In this document: positions 12,341-25,582 of the stretch, one piece after another
How the letters are laid out: each line of letters opens with the position of its first letter
How positions within the stretch are numbered: position 1 is the first letter of the stretch
Assembly (NCBI GenBank): GCA_051362555.1
Contig: CM120640.1
Coordinates: forward strand, 27,800,503 to 27,864,502
DNA from: Lingula anatina
Lineage: Eukaryota > Animalia > Brachiopoda
Reading direction: 5' to 3'
Length of the DNA: 64,000 nt
The notes under the pieces: generated by a model
Databases searched by the model: none
What the model was told of the DNA's origin: nothing
Seen by the model: the letters and a program-made list of their open reading frames with translations, nothing else
Position numbers and translations under genes: made by a program

Positions 12341-12447
12341 GCGGTAATTAACTTTCGTGCGCACTCGGCTGACAGCAATTAAGAGTGAACCCCTAGGAAG
12401 TTAATTCGATCCAGATAGATCGATCTAAATCTGTGGGAACCCAGTCT
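12341..12447 (-). mobile_element. Half copy of the MITE family at 20511-20725, inverted orientation
   Basis: Reverse complement of TAATTAACTTTCG..CGGCTGACAGC..GTGAACCCC..TAGATCGATCTAAATCTGTGGGAAC aligns to about 20520-20612. Confidence 0.7.
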
Positions 12448-13926
12448 ATGTTATGGGGCAATTCGTTCACCAAAAATACTCCAGGAAGGGCCATGATCAG
12501 AGCTCTGATACTTACATTTCATGTGTCAACATAAGACTATTCATTCACTCAAAACACTCTGAGTGAACTTTTAAGATAATTATGAATATTTCAACCCATG
12601 GGGATCACATAATACGAATAAATCTACAATATAAATCTTCCAGTGTATATTAATAGAATTTTTATAAACATTCCTAAACAATATAAGAATGGCTCTTTTA
12701 TCAGATGGGACAAGATTAAACAGATTAACATAACATCATTTTTTTATACAAAATAATATTCCAGAGATAAGAGATTTCTTTTTCCATGGGATAAACTAAC
12801 AAACAAATTCCTTCACAAAAATTTGACAGGTGTGAAAATGCAAACCAGTAATGTGCATTATTCTTTAGATGTAATAAAACAATCTCATTTTGTAGTGAAA
12901 TATACCACCACATTCTTTCTATCTGCAAAAGCCATTCAAACAGTTAACCTGCAGCAAAGATTTCATAGTTCTAAGCAGACACTTTGCCCTTAGCAAATAA
13001 AATATACCTATAACTTTGTTAATGAAGTACCTGTCATGTGTAAAGAATAATAGATACTTCCTTGTCCATTTCCTAAATGAAGCTGATTACACCAGTAATG
13101 CCATTATCTCCAACTTTTGTCAACTCATATCTCTTGATATTTTTGAAGATATGGGAACATTATCTGATACATGGTGTGATTCAAGCACTTCAGTGTCTTC
13201 AATGCAATATCTTTAAATACTACTGTTTAAAGTTAAAAAATATATAGCTTTTCACTTTTGCAACTACCTGTTTATTTATCATCGCAAAAGGAATGCAACC
13301 ATGTGCACAGTGTTTTTGAAGTACATCTGTAATTATATATGTATCTGTATCATCTGCACTTATTTATGGTCTGGTGGTAAGCAGGGCTCCTTTCAGCTTA
13401 GGACTCTGCATAGCTTATAATCAGAGGTATAAAAGCATACTTGAACCCCAAATCAAGAACATTTATGAAACTTAAATAAAGTGTATGGTCTGACTTTTTA
13501 AATGTCCTTATTTAGGATATCAACCAACCTTTAAAATCACAATGTTTTATTCGAAAAAAAAAATTGGGAAAAGATAAATCTCATTTACAAACGTATGGTG
13601 CACAGTAAATAGTCAGGATCAATTGTGCAGATGACACATTCTGCAAAAAAGAAAATGCTCAAGCCCTGATGTCAGACCTATCACACTCAACAATATATTT
13701 TCTGCCATCTGACTTAATCAATGACCCATAAACACTTATGAGGCTCACCTAACCAGGGCATTTATATGTGCTTAAAAGTTTGGAGAATTATTACCATTAA
13801 TTGCAAGGCACACATACTGAATTATATAGCTGGATGAAAAACCATGGGAACATATAACCTAAATGGTGGTTGCCAGTCTTTTGAATTCAAGAGATTGTCT
13901 GACACCGAACAAGTGGAAATACCTAC

Positions 13927-14321
13927 CTGCAGATCTATGGAATTCCCACCAGCTAGCTGGTTTACATTTGGTAAAGATCCACCCCTGTACGCTCCGAGAT
14001 TAGGATGAGATATGTGTAAATGATGCTGTTTTTGAACTATTCCAACCCCCTGAAGTAAAATGACAAGAAACAGGTAACATGTAACTGTCATCCTTTAAAT
14101 ACGTTTTTTACATAAAAATAAAATGATAAATGATGCTGCAGAGCAGATATAGATAGTATTAGGCGTTGTAATATTTGTTATCAGCATATCACTGTGACTC
14201 TAACGCTTACCCTAGTTGCTCCAGTAACTTCTCTCATAATAGCTTCAAAGGCAGCCGTCTCCTCGGCTTGCTTTTGGTTGTGTAAAGCAATCTTTTCGCT
14301 AAATTTACGAGGATTCGCCAT
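13927..14321 (-). CDS. CRTC: CREB-regulated transcription coactivator (CRTC/TORC), coding exons 1-2; gene continues beyond the left edge
   Basis: Exon 1 14321-14211 encodes [37 protein letters not shown] (TORC_N CREB-binding domain), donor GTAAGC. Exon 2 14049-13927 encodes ...[11 protein letters not shown]...IDLQ, acceptor TTTTACTTCAG, donor GTAGGT. Both junctions phase 0. No further exon recognised in 1-13926. Confidence 0.95.
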
Positions 14322-14379
14322 GATGGCTGAAAACGACAAGCTTGTTGTGATTCTGAAATGATGCAGGGGGTCCAGCATA

Positions 14380-14525
14380 TTGACCAATCAGAGGCATCCA
14401 TTTTGTCCCACGTGATTTCTCCCACTTCCCACATGGTGGCGGCAACTACTTCCGCGTGAATGTATCAAAACATTAACATGTGCTGATCTAGAATTGGGAT
14501 GTGTACTAGAGTGGGCGTGGCGCGA
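14380..14525 (-). promoter_or_regulatory. Putative CRTC proximal promoter
   Basis: CpG-containing patch just upstream of the ATG: CCAAT (14384), E-box CACGTG (14409-14414), CTCF-like CCACATGGTGGCGG (14429-14442), ETS-like ACTTCCG (~14448), GC-box GGGCGTGGC (~14513). Motif matches only. Confidence 0.55.
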
Positions 14526-15620
14526 ATTAAGTGACTGACTGTGGTTACTCAGGTGTTATTTTTTGTTTTCATAAAGTCGTGATATCCGGTATGTTAAGGC
14601 AGCATTTATCCAATTTGAAAGCCAATTCAATTTCTATATTAATACCATTTACAAAAAAGTAAAAATGAATTTTGTTTTAGGATATGTGAACTTGTGAAAT
14701 CTTGTGATATGGCTTCTAGACACCATCAAAATTAAACTTCATGATAACATCAGCACTTTCATTTGCATTATCAGAATATAAATGTCTGAAAAAATTTTTT
14801 TTTTGTTCTTAACCTTTTTTGAGCTCAAAATTTAAAAGTTTTACCACTGAAAATTCCAGTAATATTTTGTAAGAAGTTTATTTGAAAAAACATGGCCTGA
14901 ATTTTAATCTTAGGTATTTCAACGTAAACAGAAATGGGCGTGGAAAGGTTCAAGTTTAACAATAGAGGAATGCCTGAAAATATCAAACATGGTACTTTTT
15001 AGAACTTTTGACAAAACATTCCTGTGCCACTTTTTTGTGACCAACAATTTTGATCACACAATTTTTAACAAATCTCCAAGTATAGCTTGTAAAAATAATC
15101 TAATTATATTAGCATTCAAATTTGACTGGCATTTTTACCATACAAAGCATTCAAGTAAATATGAGGTAAGATAGAAATATCACTTGGCACTTTCAGGCAG
15201 GTCACCAGAAGAGATATACATTGACATTTACACAATCTGTATTTAAAAACACCCATGTTATTTAAAAGCATTTCAGTGTTTTGGTTTTGCCTGATCCCTC
15301 ACCCTTATATTCCACATGAAAAAGTTAAATTTGGTTCAAGAATCGTCTATTATATATCATCTTTAGTTAATTTATATCAATTTGAAAGAAAAACTGTCCA
15401 CAAATAACCCTCGATTTATCAGGGCCTTGCTGCATCAGTCAATGAACCTATTCATTATAGACATTGTGGACAGGTAATGCAAGTATAGGTAAATCATTCT
15501 GACATCTGTGAAATCATTTCTGTTGATAAAAGCCATTTATCTCAAATGTTGAAAGGCACTCCCGCCTGTTATTTTTTCATGATATATACAACCAAACTAA
15601 GCAAAGTTACAGTACAAGCT

Positions 15621-15667
15621 TTTATTCTGGCTGATACAGAATGACATCTATATACAGTGTATTTATT
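15621..15667 (-). terminator. Candidate IQGAP polyadenylation signals (implies a ~2.3-kb 3' UTR)
   Basis: AATAAA on the minus strand at 15662-15667 and 15621-15626. Other AATAAA copies exist in this AT-rich stretch, so the choice is uncertain. Confidence 0.3.
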
Positions 15668-17938
15668 AAAATAGATGTATGCACACTAAATAGAGATCAT
15701 GCCCTTTAAGCAGGACCCAGCTAGTGGTTCAATATAGAAACAAGACTTAGAGGATCATACTAGAATAAAGTCCCCAGACAGTCAGAAAATCAATAAGTAC
15801 TTCCTACAATCTGCACTATATTCTACAGCTACATTGTACTGATGTGATTGAAGACTTACTGCTGCAATGAAATTCAATTAAAACCTGACAATCTGCCAAA
15901 ATGTGTTGCCTTTATCCCATACTTTTAGACGGTATCAATAATTTATTCTAAAAGTCTGCAGATTCTTTGTCAATTTCCGCACTTTGGTCCCTTTTCCACT
16001 TCCAAATATTATCAGCTCTAGAAAAGTATACAATTTCCAAATTTTTTACTATCAGATCATATATCCTGCAAAATGGTATTAATGATACAGATTAGGGAGC
16101 ATCCTTTGGTTTAGACATGCAAAGGCAGTTACATCCTTTCGTGCACATGTCTTGAATGCCACGCTCGAAAGAACAATCCTTCCATTTCAATGCTTCTACT
16201 TCTCTTTACCATCAGTCAAAACTGATCCAGGTCAATCACAAGTTAATTACATGCCTTACTAGGAGTGGAGCATATTCATCTTGTCTTAGGTTTTACACAT
16301 GTAGTATGTGGCTTATTCAAATCAATTCTCTCAACGGTCACATTCACTCAGACAACAACACAATAGTATTTAGATGGTAAGCGAGGAAAAAAAAAAAGAA
16401 AAAAACAATGTTAAATGGCTGTTTGGAGCAAAACTGGAGTAAAACCGTGTGAATGTATTTGTCAAATGTTTCATTTGTGCAACAGCTCTTTTCAATCATG
16501 TAACTTTAAGACAAGAATTCTCAGAAAAAAAGATGCTCCAAGTTGTCAACAATTAACTGATATCCAAAACATAATTAACTAGCAATGTTATACATGAATA
16601 GAGCTATGTGCTTCTTAAAGCACCAGCTTACTGTAGCACAACACATCTCCCACATAGGTTTTTAAGGACTACTTTAAAGATTTCACTGATTCTCTGAATA
16701 TTACATAATTAAGCTTATAAAGCATTCTTACAGTATGACATAGACAACAAAAACTATTATATTAATCTTTCACTTAATGACAATGACAGTGAATCTCAAT
16801 TATTCTATATGTTGAAAAACAGGTTTGAGTTATTGGAAAGCACAGAATCTAAAATTAAATATTTTCTGTTAGATGGAAAACAAACTAAGGATAAGTACAG
16901 AATTCAGCTACATACGTTTATAGGAAAACTTTACAGAACATTTGGAAATGTCTATCAATAAGCAATTAATGCCACAACAGATCTTTTCAAGTAAAAATAA
17001 ATAAATAAACAGATACTTGCATTAAAGCAATACAACTGATTTGTGTAGAGCTGTAGATATATATCGCAGAATATTAGAAAAACTTGGCATCTGGTCCCAA
17101 ATTGGATATCTTGATCAACTTTGTAACCTATTCCTATGTAGAGAATGCAACAGCTGATCAGTGAAACACCATGAATGAAGAAGAATCACTGCAGCAAGTC
17201 CAGTGTTATATACTCTGAACAAAAAATAAAAAATGAAAAACTTTTTACATGTCATGATCCCATAAACCAGACAAAGTTCCTTTCCTTACTTTTATCACCC
17301 ACTGAATATTATCACAATATACCAACTCCAAAGTGATCACATAAAAAATTTGCGTAATCTGAACAACAAACCAAATGAGCACTACAATGAACTACAAAAA
17401 TTTCCCCTATTATCTTCTCTGATGTGATATTCAAAAATAAAAAAAGAAAAACATATATATAAATATCATAATTTAATTAACTAAACATGCAGATCAGCAT
17501 GCAATCTATCCCTATAAAAGTTATTATCCCGCCATATATTATTGCTACAAATACATGTACTCATATATACCATACATAGTTTGCCCTCTGATCCCAATTC
17601 TGCTCAATATCCTAAATACCTATAAAAGCAATCACGAGATTCAGTACATTATAGTACAAAGAATACATACAAATACATTTGCAATTCATCTAAAATATAA
17701 CGGATATACAACTACTGTAATGGTATATCTGTTTTAATATCATAAGAATGTTTTACATCTATGTGGAATGGTACAAGCCTGTTTTTATGGAAATAAGATA
17801 TATGGTTTTTTTTTTTACAAATAACAAAGCATCCATCATGCCTAGACAAGCATCTTAGAATCTTGACTCCATTCCTTTTATTCAGACCTGACAGTTATTT
17901 GTATGATCCATTGAGATGTCTTTTCTTTCATTTCAGAT

Positions 17939-19845
17939 TTATTTCCCGTAAAATTTCTTGTTGAGCAGAAAAATGAGGAGATTTACATTGATCTTTGCCC
18001 TATCAAACATTTTCATGACTGCTACACCCTCGTACTGCAGCTGCAGAAGATCCTGAAGAAAAACAAGACAGGCTGGGTTAGCACCACAATCTTCACATTT
18101 AACATTTCAAAGATGAAACTTTTTATCTTTTATCTTTTGTTGCTTGGTAATTAAAAAAAGAAGAAAAAAAACGAAGTGAAACGATTGCATGTTCACAAAA
18201 ATACTTCACTCCTTGACAACTGTTAATAATTTTAAAGCTTCTTTGAATTTCAAAAAGAAAGTGCCAACTTCAGTTTTATGTATAAAAAGGTTGGTATGTG
18301 TATAAAAAGTATAATACAATGATATATTCTCCAAATACAAATACCTCAATAAGACAGCTGCAAACTAACACTTCCTATGTTTTTCACTGCTTGCGTCTAG
18401 ATAAAGTTTATTTTCTCTCACTTTAGAAAGACCTAAACAGAATGTCTTTTCTAAGGCTAAGCCCGGTTTTAAAGATTATTTAAAACATTTTCATTTCTTT
18501 TCAACCAAACAGAGAGTCCTACCTGGAAGACCAACTCTACATTGTCCAACTGGACACCTAGCAGTTTGGCATGAACATCAAATGTTCCAGGGACATCTGT
18601 TGAAGCCAGCTCAAATTGGACATTTTTGAACCTGAAAAGAGTGAAAAGTGATGATATATTTTAACTTTCAATTTTTCTCACGTCTTCATTGCATCTCCAA
18701 TACGAAAATGATACCTGGATACTCAGTGGTTGTTAGAAATCCTTCTAACTTACATAGAATGTTATCCTAATATTCACAGATTGGTTTGTGATCCTTCAGA
18801 CTGAATTAAAATGTTCACCAAACACTCATCGGTAAGTTAGTAATCTTATTAACCTAACTAAAATGTTAACTAAATACTCACTGGTTGGTTGGTAATCCTT
18901 CTATTTCCAACAGGACTCCCTTTTCATGCAACTTGGCAGCGCTGTATTTTATACTCTGATGTTTCACATCTGACTCATTTCCACCAAACAAACTGAATCT
19001 TTTAGAGGTTCTCCTAAAATAATAATAATTTTTTAAAAAAACGATAGCAACAATTAAGTAAAATATTTCAAGGAACAAAGAGAAATTCCCTAAATACTCA
19101 AAACTTAATTAGCAGGTCTGATTTAAACATTTTCAATTCAAAAACAAAACTGTGCAATTCCATAAATTAAAATATTGACTGAATTCTAGCTTTTATTAAT
19201 TATTTGAAGAGAAAAATGTTTCAAATCTCAAAAAGTGCATAAAATATTTAAGAAAAAAAAAGTTTAACTATATTGCTATCCAATCAAACTATACATTTTC
19301 TTTATGCTATCTATGAGAAATGACACTTACTTTCCCTTCTTGTTCAAATTGTCAAGACATGTTGTTACATATTTATTGTAGTAGTCGATCTGTTCTTCAA
19401 AGAAAGCTCTCTTAGTATTCAAAGCCTTAAGGGTTTCTTTAATTCGCATCATCTCTTGCTTACGCCGCTGGCGATAGATTCTCTGGTTGCGAATGTCCTG
19501 GCAGAAAAAAAAAAAAAGAATTTACTTTTTGATAGATTCCAAAGTGAATGTTTTGATTCTTCCAGTTGTTTTAATAATAAGATAATGACAGAAATGAAAT
19601 CAACTCTACTAATGGATCTTTCAGGTATGACACCCAAAGGCCTTGTAATAAGGTCAAAATGTTGTGATCTCCATTTCAAAATGATCCAGTAGAAGAATCT
19701 TTTTGGTAGATTGTTCATGAATGATAAGTGCTTCTGTTATTATATGCTTCGGGGAAAATCCTTGTATATGTAAACTTGTATTCTGTTAAGCCATTTTTTA
19801 AAGATTCGATGCAAATATAACTGCAACAGAATTTAAAAGAATACA

Positions 19846-19924
<79 letters not shown>

Positions 19925-21711
19925 TGCATGTGTGGTATTTATTTATTTTTAATTGTGTGTATAAATATATATTATTTCAGCAATGTCATTTATTTAACTC
20001 ATACCTGTACTATCATATTGATGATGGCCTGATAGTGATCCTTATGGGACACAACATTAGCCAGCACTAGATTGTGAAGATTCTTTTTTATTTTTGCCTT
20101 CATAGCCTCCAAAGGAATCCTCGTGTCGTCCATTATTGACTTTTGTCGCAGCAAACCAGCATCCTTGGCAGTGGCTCTTTCGTCCACCTTATCTCTTTTC
20201 CTGATCAGAGCTGCATGCTCCTCCTCTTGCTCCTCAGTGGCTGGAGTGTTCAGAATCTTGGTCAGCGTCTCTCCAGGCTGACAGCGGATCACATCCACTA
20301 TCATTCGTTTTGTTCTAGAAATAGACAAGACATTTCAAAACTAAGGTGTCACATGGTAATCTAGAAAGGGATTAAACTTTACCATCACAAATGTGTATAC
20401 TTAACAAACATCTTTTTACCATCGCCTCTTGACAATCTTTTAATTCCTTTTTAAATTGGTAAAATTCTTGAATATGTTTATCTATATTCTCAAAGTTATG
20501 AACAGACTAACACCCCATTTCCATAGATTAGATCGACCTACTTTAGATCGACCTAACTCCCTGGGGGTTCACGCTAAATAGCTGTCAGCCGGGCGGACGC
20601 GAAAGTTAATTATCCCCTTACAGCTTGTAGTAGGCGGGACGGACATTTAAGTCGGATTATCTGAAAGTAATCTAGTGAGACTCCCCCCGGGGATAGATCG
20701 ATCTAAAATCTATGGGAACAGAGCCTAACTCATTGAGAGCTTACCTTATCAGTAAATTCTTAGTGTCAGTCTGGTCAGTGTCTGGCACCTCAAACTTATT
20801 GGACAGGGTCAGCAGAATGGTTTGTTTTGCTAACTGGGCTTTGTTGGCGCTGTCAGTTTCACCTTCCCCTTAAATAAATGAAACAATATGTACGAGTACT
20901 AATCAAACATATAATGATCAGTCATATAACTTAACCCTGATTTCTTCTCAAAGTACTTTGTCACAGCTAAAACCTTTCCTTAGTGATGATCTTGAAAATG
21001 ATATGAAATTCCTGTAAAACTTGCAACTTACTTCAAATACTGATGAGATCTCTTAAACATTTCTTAATATTTATCCTTAGATTTTAGTGTTTCATTCAAA
21101 ACATAATACCACCTTGTGATGATTACATGATTTAAAAATAGTAGTTATTTTACCCTATCCTACTTCATAAAAAATACATGGCCTTTCACTGCATTTAATA
21201 TTCATATATAAAACAATGAATTAAAAGTACATTTTAACTTATGCCACAGGTAAGCTCTCCAATCTACATAAAGCCTTGTCTTATCAGCATTGCTGCGATT
21301 TCAAAAAGCAATGACAAAAAAGCACACAATGCAACATTACAATCCTACTCTCTAATCTCATAACTTCTGTTATGTTTGCTATCAATTTATCTTTTAATCT
21401 ATAACTTCAGTGAAGATATGTAATCTTTAACTGTCAGACTTTGTTCCTATTCAAATCCATGCTGTTAACAACCTTCTACCAAAGTGCACTGTTTAAGCAG
21501 ATACGGACAACAATGGAATACCAAGGAAGTGGAATGTCTTGTCTAAGGACAGTTGATATGCCTTTATCTATTTCTGTTCAAAAGTTGCAAATGAGGCCCA
21601 CTTCACTAAAGAACTTAATTACTTTTCATAAAAGAACTTAAGACCAAAAATTTGTTTATTTCGAGTCCTGACAAATCAGAAACAGTCCACTAAATTCATG
21701 ACCCCTTCCAC

Positions 21712-21742
<31 letters not shown>

Positions 21743-24564
21743 GAAATGTCTAATGTTCTACACCAAAATATAAAATATTTAGTGCAGAAAGAAATAAAGG
21801 TAACCATCATCCCTGATCAAAGTGGAATAAAAAATTTAGTCTTCAAGTGAAGACCAACATTCAACCTCCATTCCTTTGTGAAATAGGGTTCTGGTATAAG
21901 ACCACTTCCTCGTAACACTGTGTAATCACAGATTTAATGAGAATCATCTAAGATAGCTCAAAGTCTAGCAATATTTTGTGGGATTTGGAGGAGAGTGTGG
22001 TAAAAAATAATGTCTGAGTATTGAGTATGATGTGGCAACAAGTCAAAGCTGAGTGTATTCATCCACACATTTTTTCCCTCTTAGTATTGTAAGTTATAGT
22101 CTAGTGCTAAAAAAATGATTTCTCCATGTCTTGTGTGTTGTTTTTGTATTGCTTTCTTAGAAGACATTCATAGAGTTTCATCCTTTTTGCTAAAATGTTA
22201 ACCACACATTCCCAATTCTTACACATTTTCTAGTCTCATATGACATCACACAGTGTTGACAGTCTCACTTTACGCTATCTCAGATGATTTACATTAGTTA
22301 CACTAGTAAGGGTGGGAATGGTTTTTCAGGAATTAAAATTAAGCAGTCTTGTACCAGTACTTCATATACACCACATTCATGAATCCATGCAGATATAATA
22401 AGGGGGCTTCACTCTCGCTAAGGTAGTTTTCTGTTTGATCTCAGGTTTAGGCACAATATGCTGTATGTACTTTTTTCTTTAATGAATTTACACTGTATAT
22501 AAAAGGTTGAATAAACTACAATGTTCATTGGTAAAGGGCATCCTTCAACTAAGGCTAATACATAACATTGAACATGCAACATTAAATCATCTACATAACA
22601 TCACAAAAATAGTTAGTTGTTTGGCCTCAGTTCAAGTATTTCCACAATTAATTGTGGGAAAACAAACATAACATGGTACAGTATCCCAGAAACTACATTT
22701 ACATACAAATCTAAAATAATTAAATAAATAAATAATTTAAAAGCTATATTTTTATGGAAGTGTGAAAACATATTTTTATTTAAAAAATCTTAGCCCATAT
22801 AAAACATTTTTAATAATACTTCCCAAGCAATGAAGCTGCATTTTCTAGACAAGCAAAAGCTTAACAAGCAAACATTTCTTCAGGAAATGAGTATAGAAAA
22901 AGAAAGTATGGGTAACATTGGTACAGTGTATTATTCTAGGTTTGACAAAGAAGACAACATAAACAATGGTGAAAAATGAACAAGACAGGTGCTTCCATGC
23001 AATAAATTTTTAAAATTTAAAACAGGACATAAATGTGTAGTACCTGGTGCTTTCTTGCCTGAAATAAAACAAAATATCTTAAAAATAATTCTTACATAAA
23101 ATTGAAATTCCCAAAAGCTGTAGCCATGATTATTTTGTGCATATGTTTCTAATAAATCCTTATACCTTCTCTAATTGCCAAAAGCATTGTTGACCCAGCA
23201 ATTTTGCTAGACAAATCTTGAATTAACACCTGCTATTCTGGTCTCAATAGAGAATCCTTACATCAAGCATAAACCACATTACATAAATAAGAACCTGTCC
23301 TTAACTCCAATTAATAGGCCAAACAAAACTGTTATCATTACTACGAGCTGCAGTCTGTGAGCTTTCACCAATTTGCAAGATAATTAAATATACCACCAAG
23401 CCAGTTATATATGCCATTATTTCATAAGTATGCTGAAACAAGTTCCATTTTTAATACATATACATTGTGGTTTTGTGATTGTTTGCATGTGCAGGTGCAC
23501 ATCTGCATGTGCAGGCATGTTTGTGCATACATATGCATGGATGTCTCATCATCGTTACCTAAAAGCGCATCCATGTCAGGGTTCTCCCCCAGGTCCTCCA
23601 AAAGTTCATGGATAGGGTCATTATGATCAGGAGCTATGGCATCTTGGTGCTCCAGCAACAGCTGAAAGTTCAGAAAACAATCATGGTCAGTTACACACAT
23701 ACAATACTTCTACCCATGGAACCATTTGCTGGATAGAACTTCCACTCAAATCTAATAATATTTTCTCTACAGTTAATCCTGTAATGACGGAGCATCCTCC
23801 CTCTCCAGGTGGTATTAGTACTATGTCCAAAACCTTTTTTCCTCATTTTTTATTGTACATATAACATAACCAACTGTACAGTAAAAGCCACAGACATTAA
23901 AATATACCTAAAGCAGTCTATTTATACAAGGGAGAGTGACACAAAAGAACTTAAAAGTTATGTATCATAAATGAAAATTACCAAACACAAGCTGAAAATA
24001 TTTCATACCATCAGCTTACCAAAAAAATCAGGTGTACTTAAATATAAATCAGTAACTTAGTAGTAATCCACTTGATTAAATATATTTGATTTGTTTCACA
24101 GATTGACTGATATTGACATTGTTTTGTGATGAAAAGCTAAAGAGCAACTTTGAACATGTTTCTTTCTTTTTTTTTTTTGTAAAACTGGACCCAGCTGGTA
24201 ATACAGAACCACAAATCATGTATAATTATAATATAACAAAAATTGTTTGGTCACTTACCTGGTGAGTGTTGATAATTTCTTGGATGGAGATAAATATGAC
24301 TGGTTTGGACACCATGGTAACATCAGTGAACTGGTTCATGTTGAACCTCTCCTCTGGCTCCTCTACACCACACGCCTTGGCAAAGTACACTCTGTGAGGA
24401 GACAGAAACAGAGAAGAAAACATCAGTTTTAAGCTTATTCACAGCTAATGTTTGCTCAAATTGCTTTGAATTACCTGGACCCAGTGTTATCCCCAGAGAA
24501 AATCTTTTAAAATATAATATCAAAAATTTGCTATCAAAATCACTTATTTCTTTATAATATAAAA

Positions 24565-24595
<31 letters not shown>

Positions 24596-25506
24596 CGTAG
24601 TTGTAGTTGATAATACCCACATTTGATACTAATTCAAATGAAACTGTAGAAAAATCAAAATATCAGCTTACTTAAACTTCTCATGTGCATCTCTGATATA
24701 CGAGTTCAATCCTGCCAAGTGAGCACTATCTCCACCAAACTGAAATGCAAAGATGAGAAGTAAGTCAGGTATATCTATGTCATAATTTCTGTATCGTTTT
24801 CGATTTTTCTCAACATCTCTTACCCATTTTACAAACCTAGACTTACAAGAACATCAACAGAATAAACAACTTTTCAGTGTTAGAAATTATAACCTTTTTC
24901 TAAAAGGGAACATGAGCATTCAAGCATTCATATACTATAAATATCTGCATATGTGCTGTGCACAAAAATGCATCAAATTTCAAATAAATATGCGCATATC
25001 ATGCTTCAAAGAAGTATACACACCCCTTTGTTGGAAGCAGCAAATTGCAGAATTTTGGCAATAGATCCCAAATTTCTTCTCTGGTCATTGGTCAGTCCTT
25101 TGTCCACTCCCACGTCAATAATGTCAAATGCATCAGGAGCCACAATGGCAGAGTTGATGTAGCGGTAATAAATAAGATTGCCAACAATCTGAAAAAATGA
25201 AGAAAGATAAACACAATTTTTTAATGTTTTAGAATCAAAATGTGCACTGATGTGTTTTAGATTCAAATAATGGTCACAGGGGATGCACATGCATCTGGAT
25301 TTGATTGTGACAGATGAAGAGAAATATTCAATCTAGTAACTGTGTATAACATGTACTTTCAAGTGCATTTGATCAACTTAGACCTCAGTACTCACTTTCA
25401 GAACATCTTTTTCAGCTGCCTCTGGAAACTTGTTATGGAGTGCGTCTTTCATGACCTTGGCCATGTAGCGCATACCATAGCTAAAAATGAATGGTCAAAG
25501 TTGAAT

Positions 25507-25582
<76 letters not shown>

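Noticed and set aside
21032-21039. AG/GTAAGT-bounded 8-mer in an IQGAP intron
   Set aside because: No polypyrimidine tract and it would shift the frame; likely chance.
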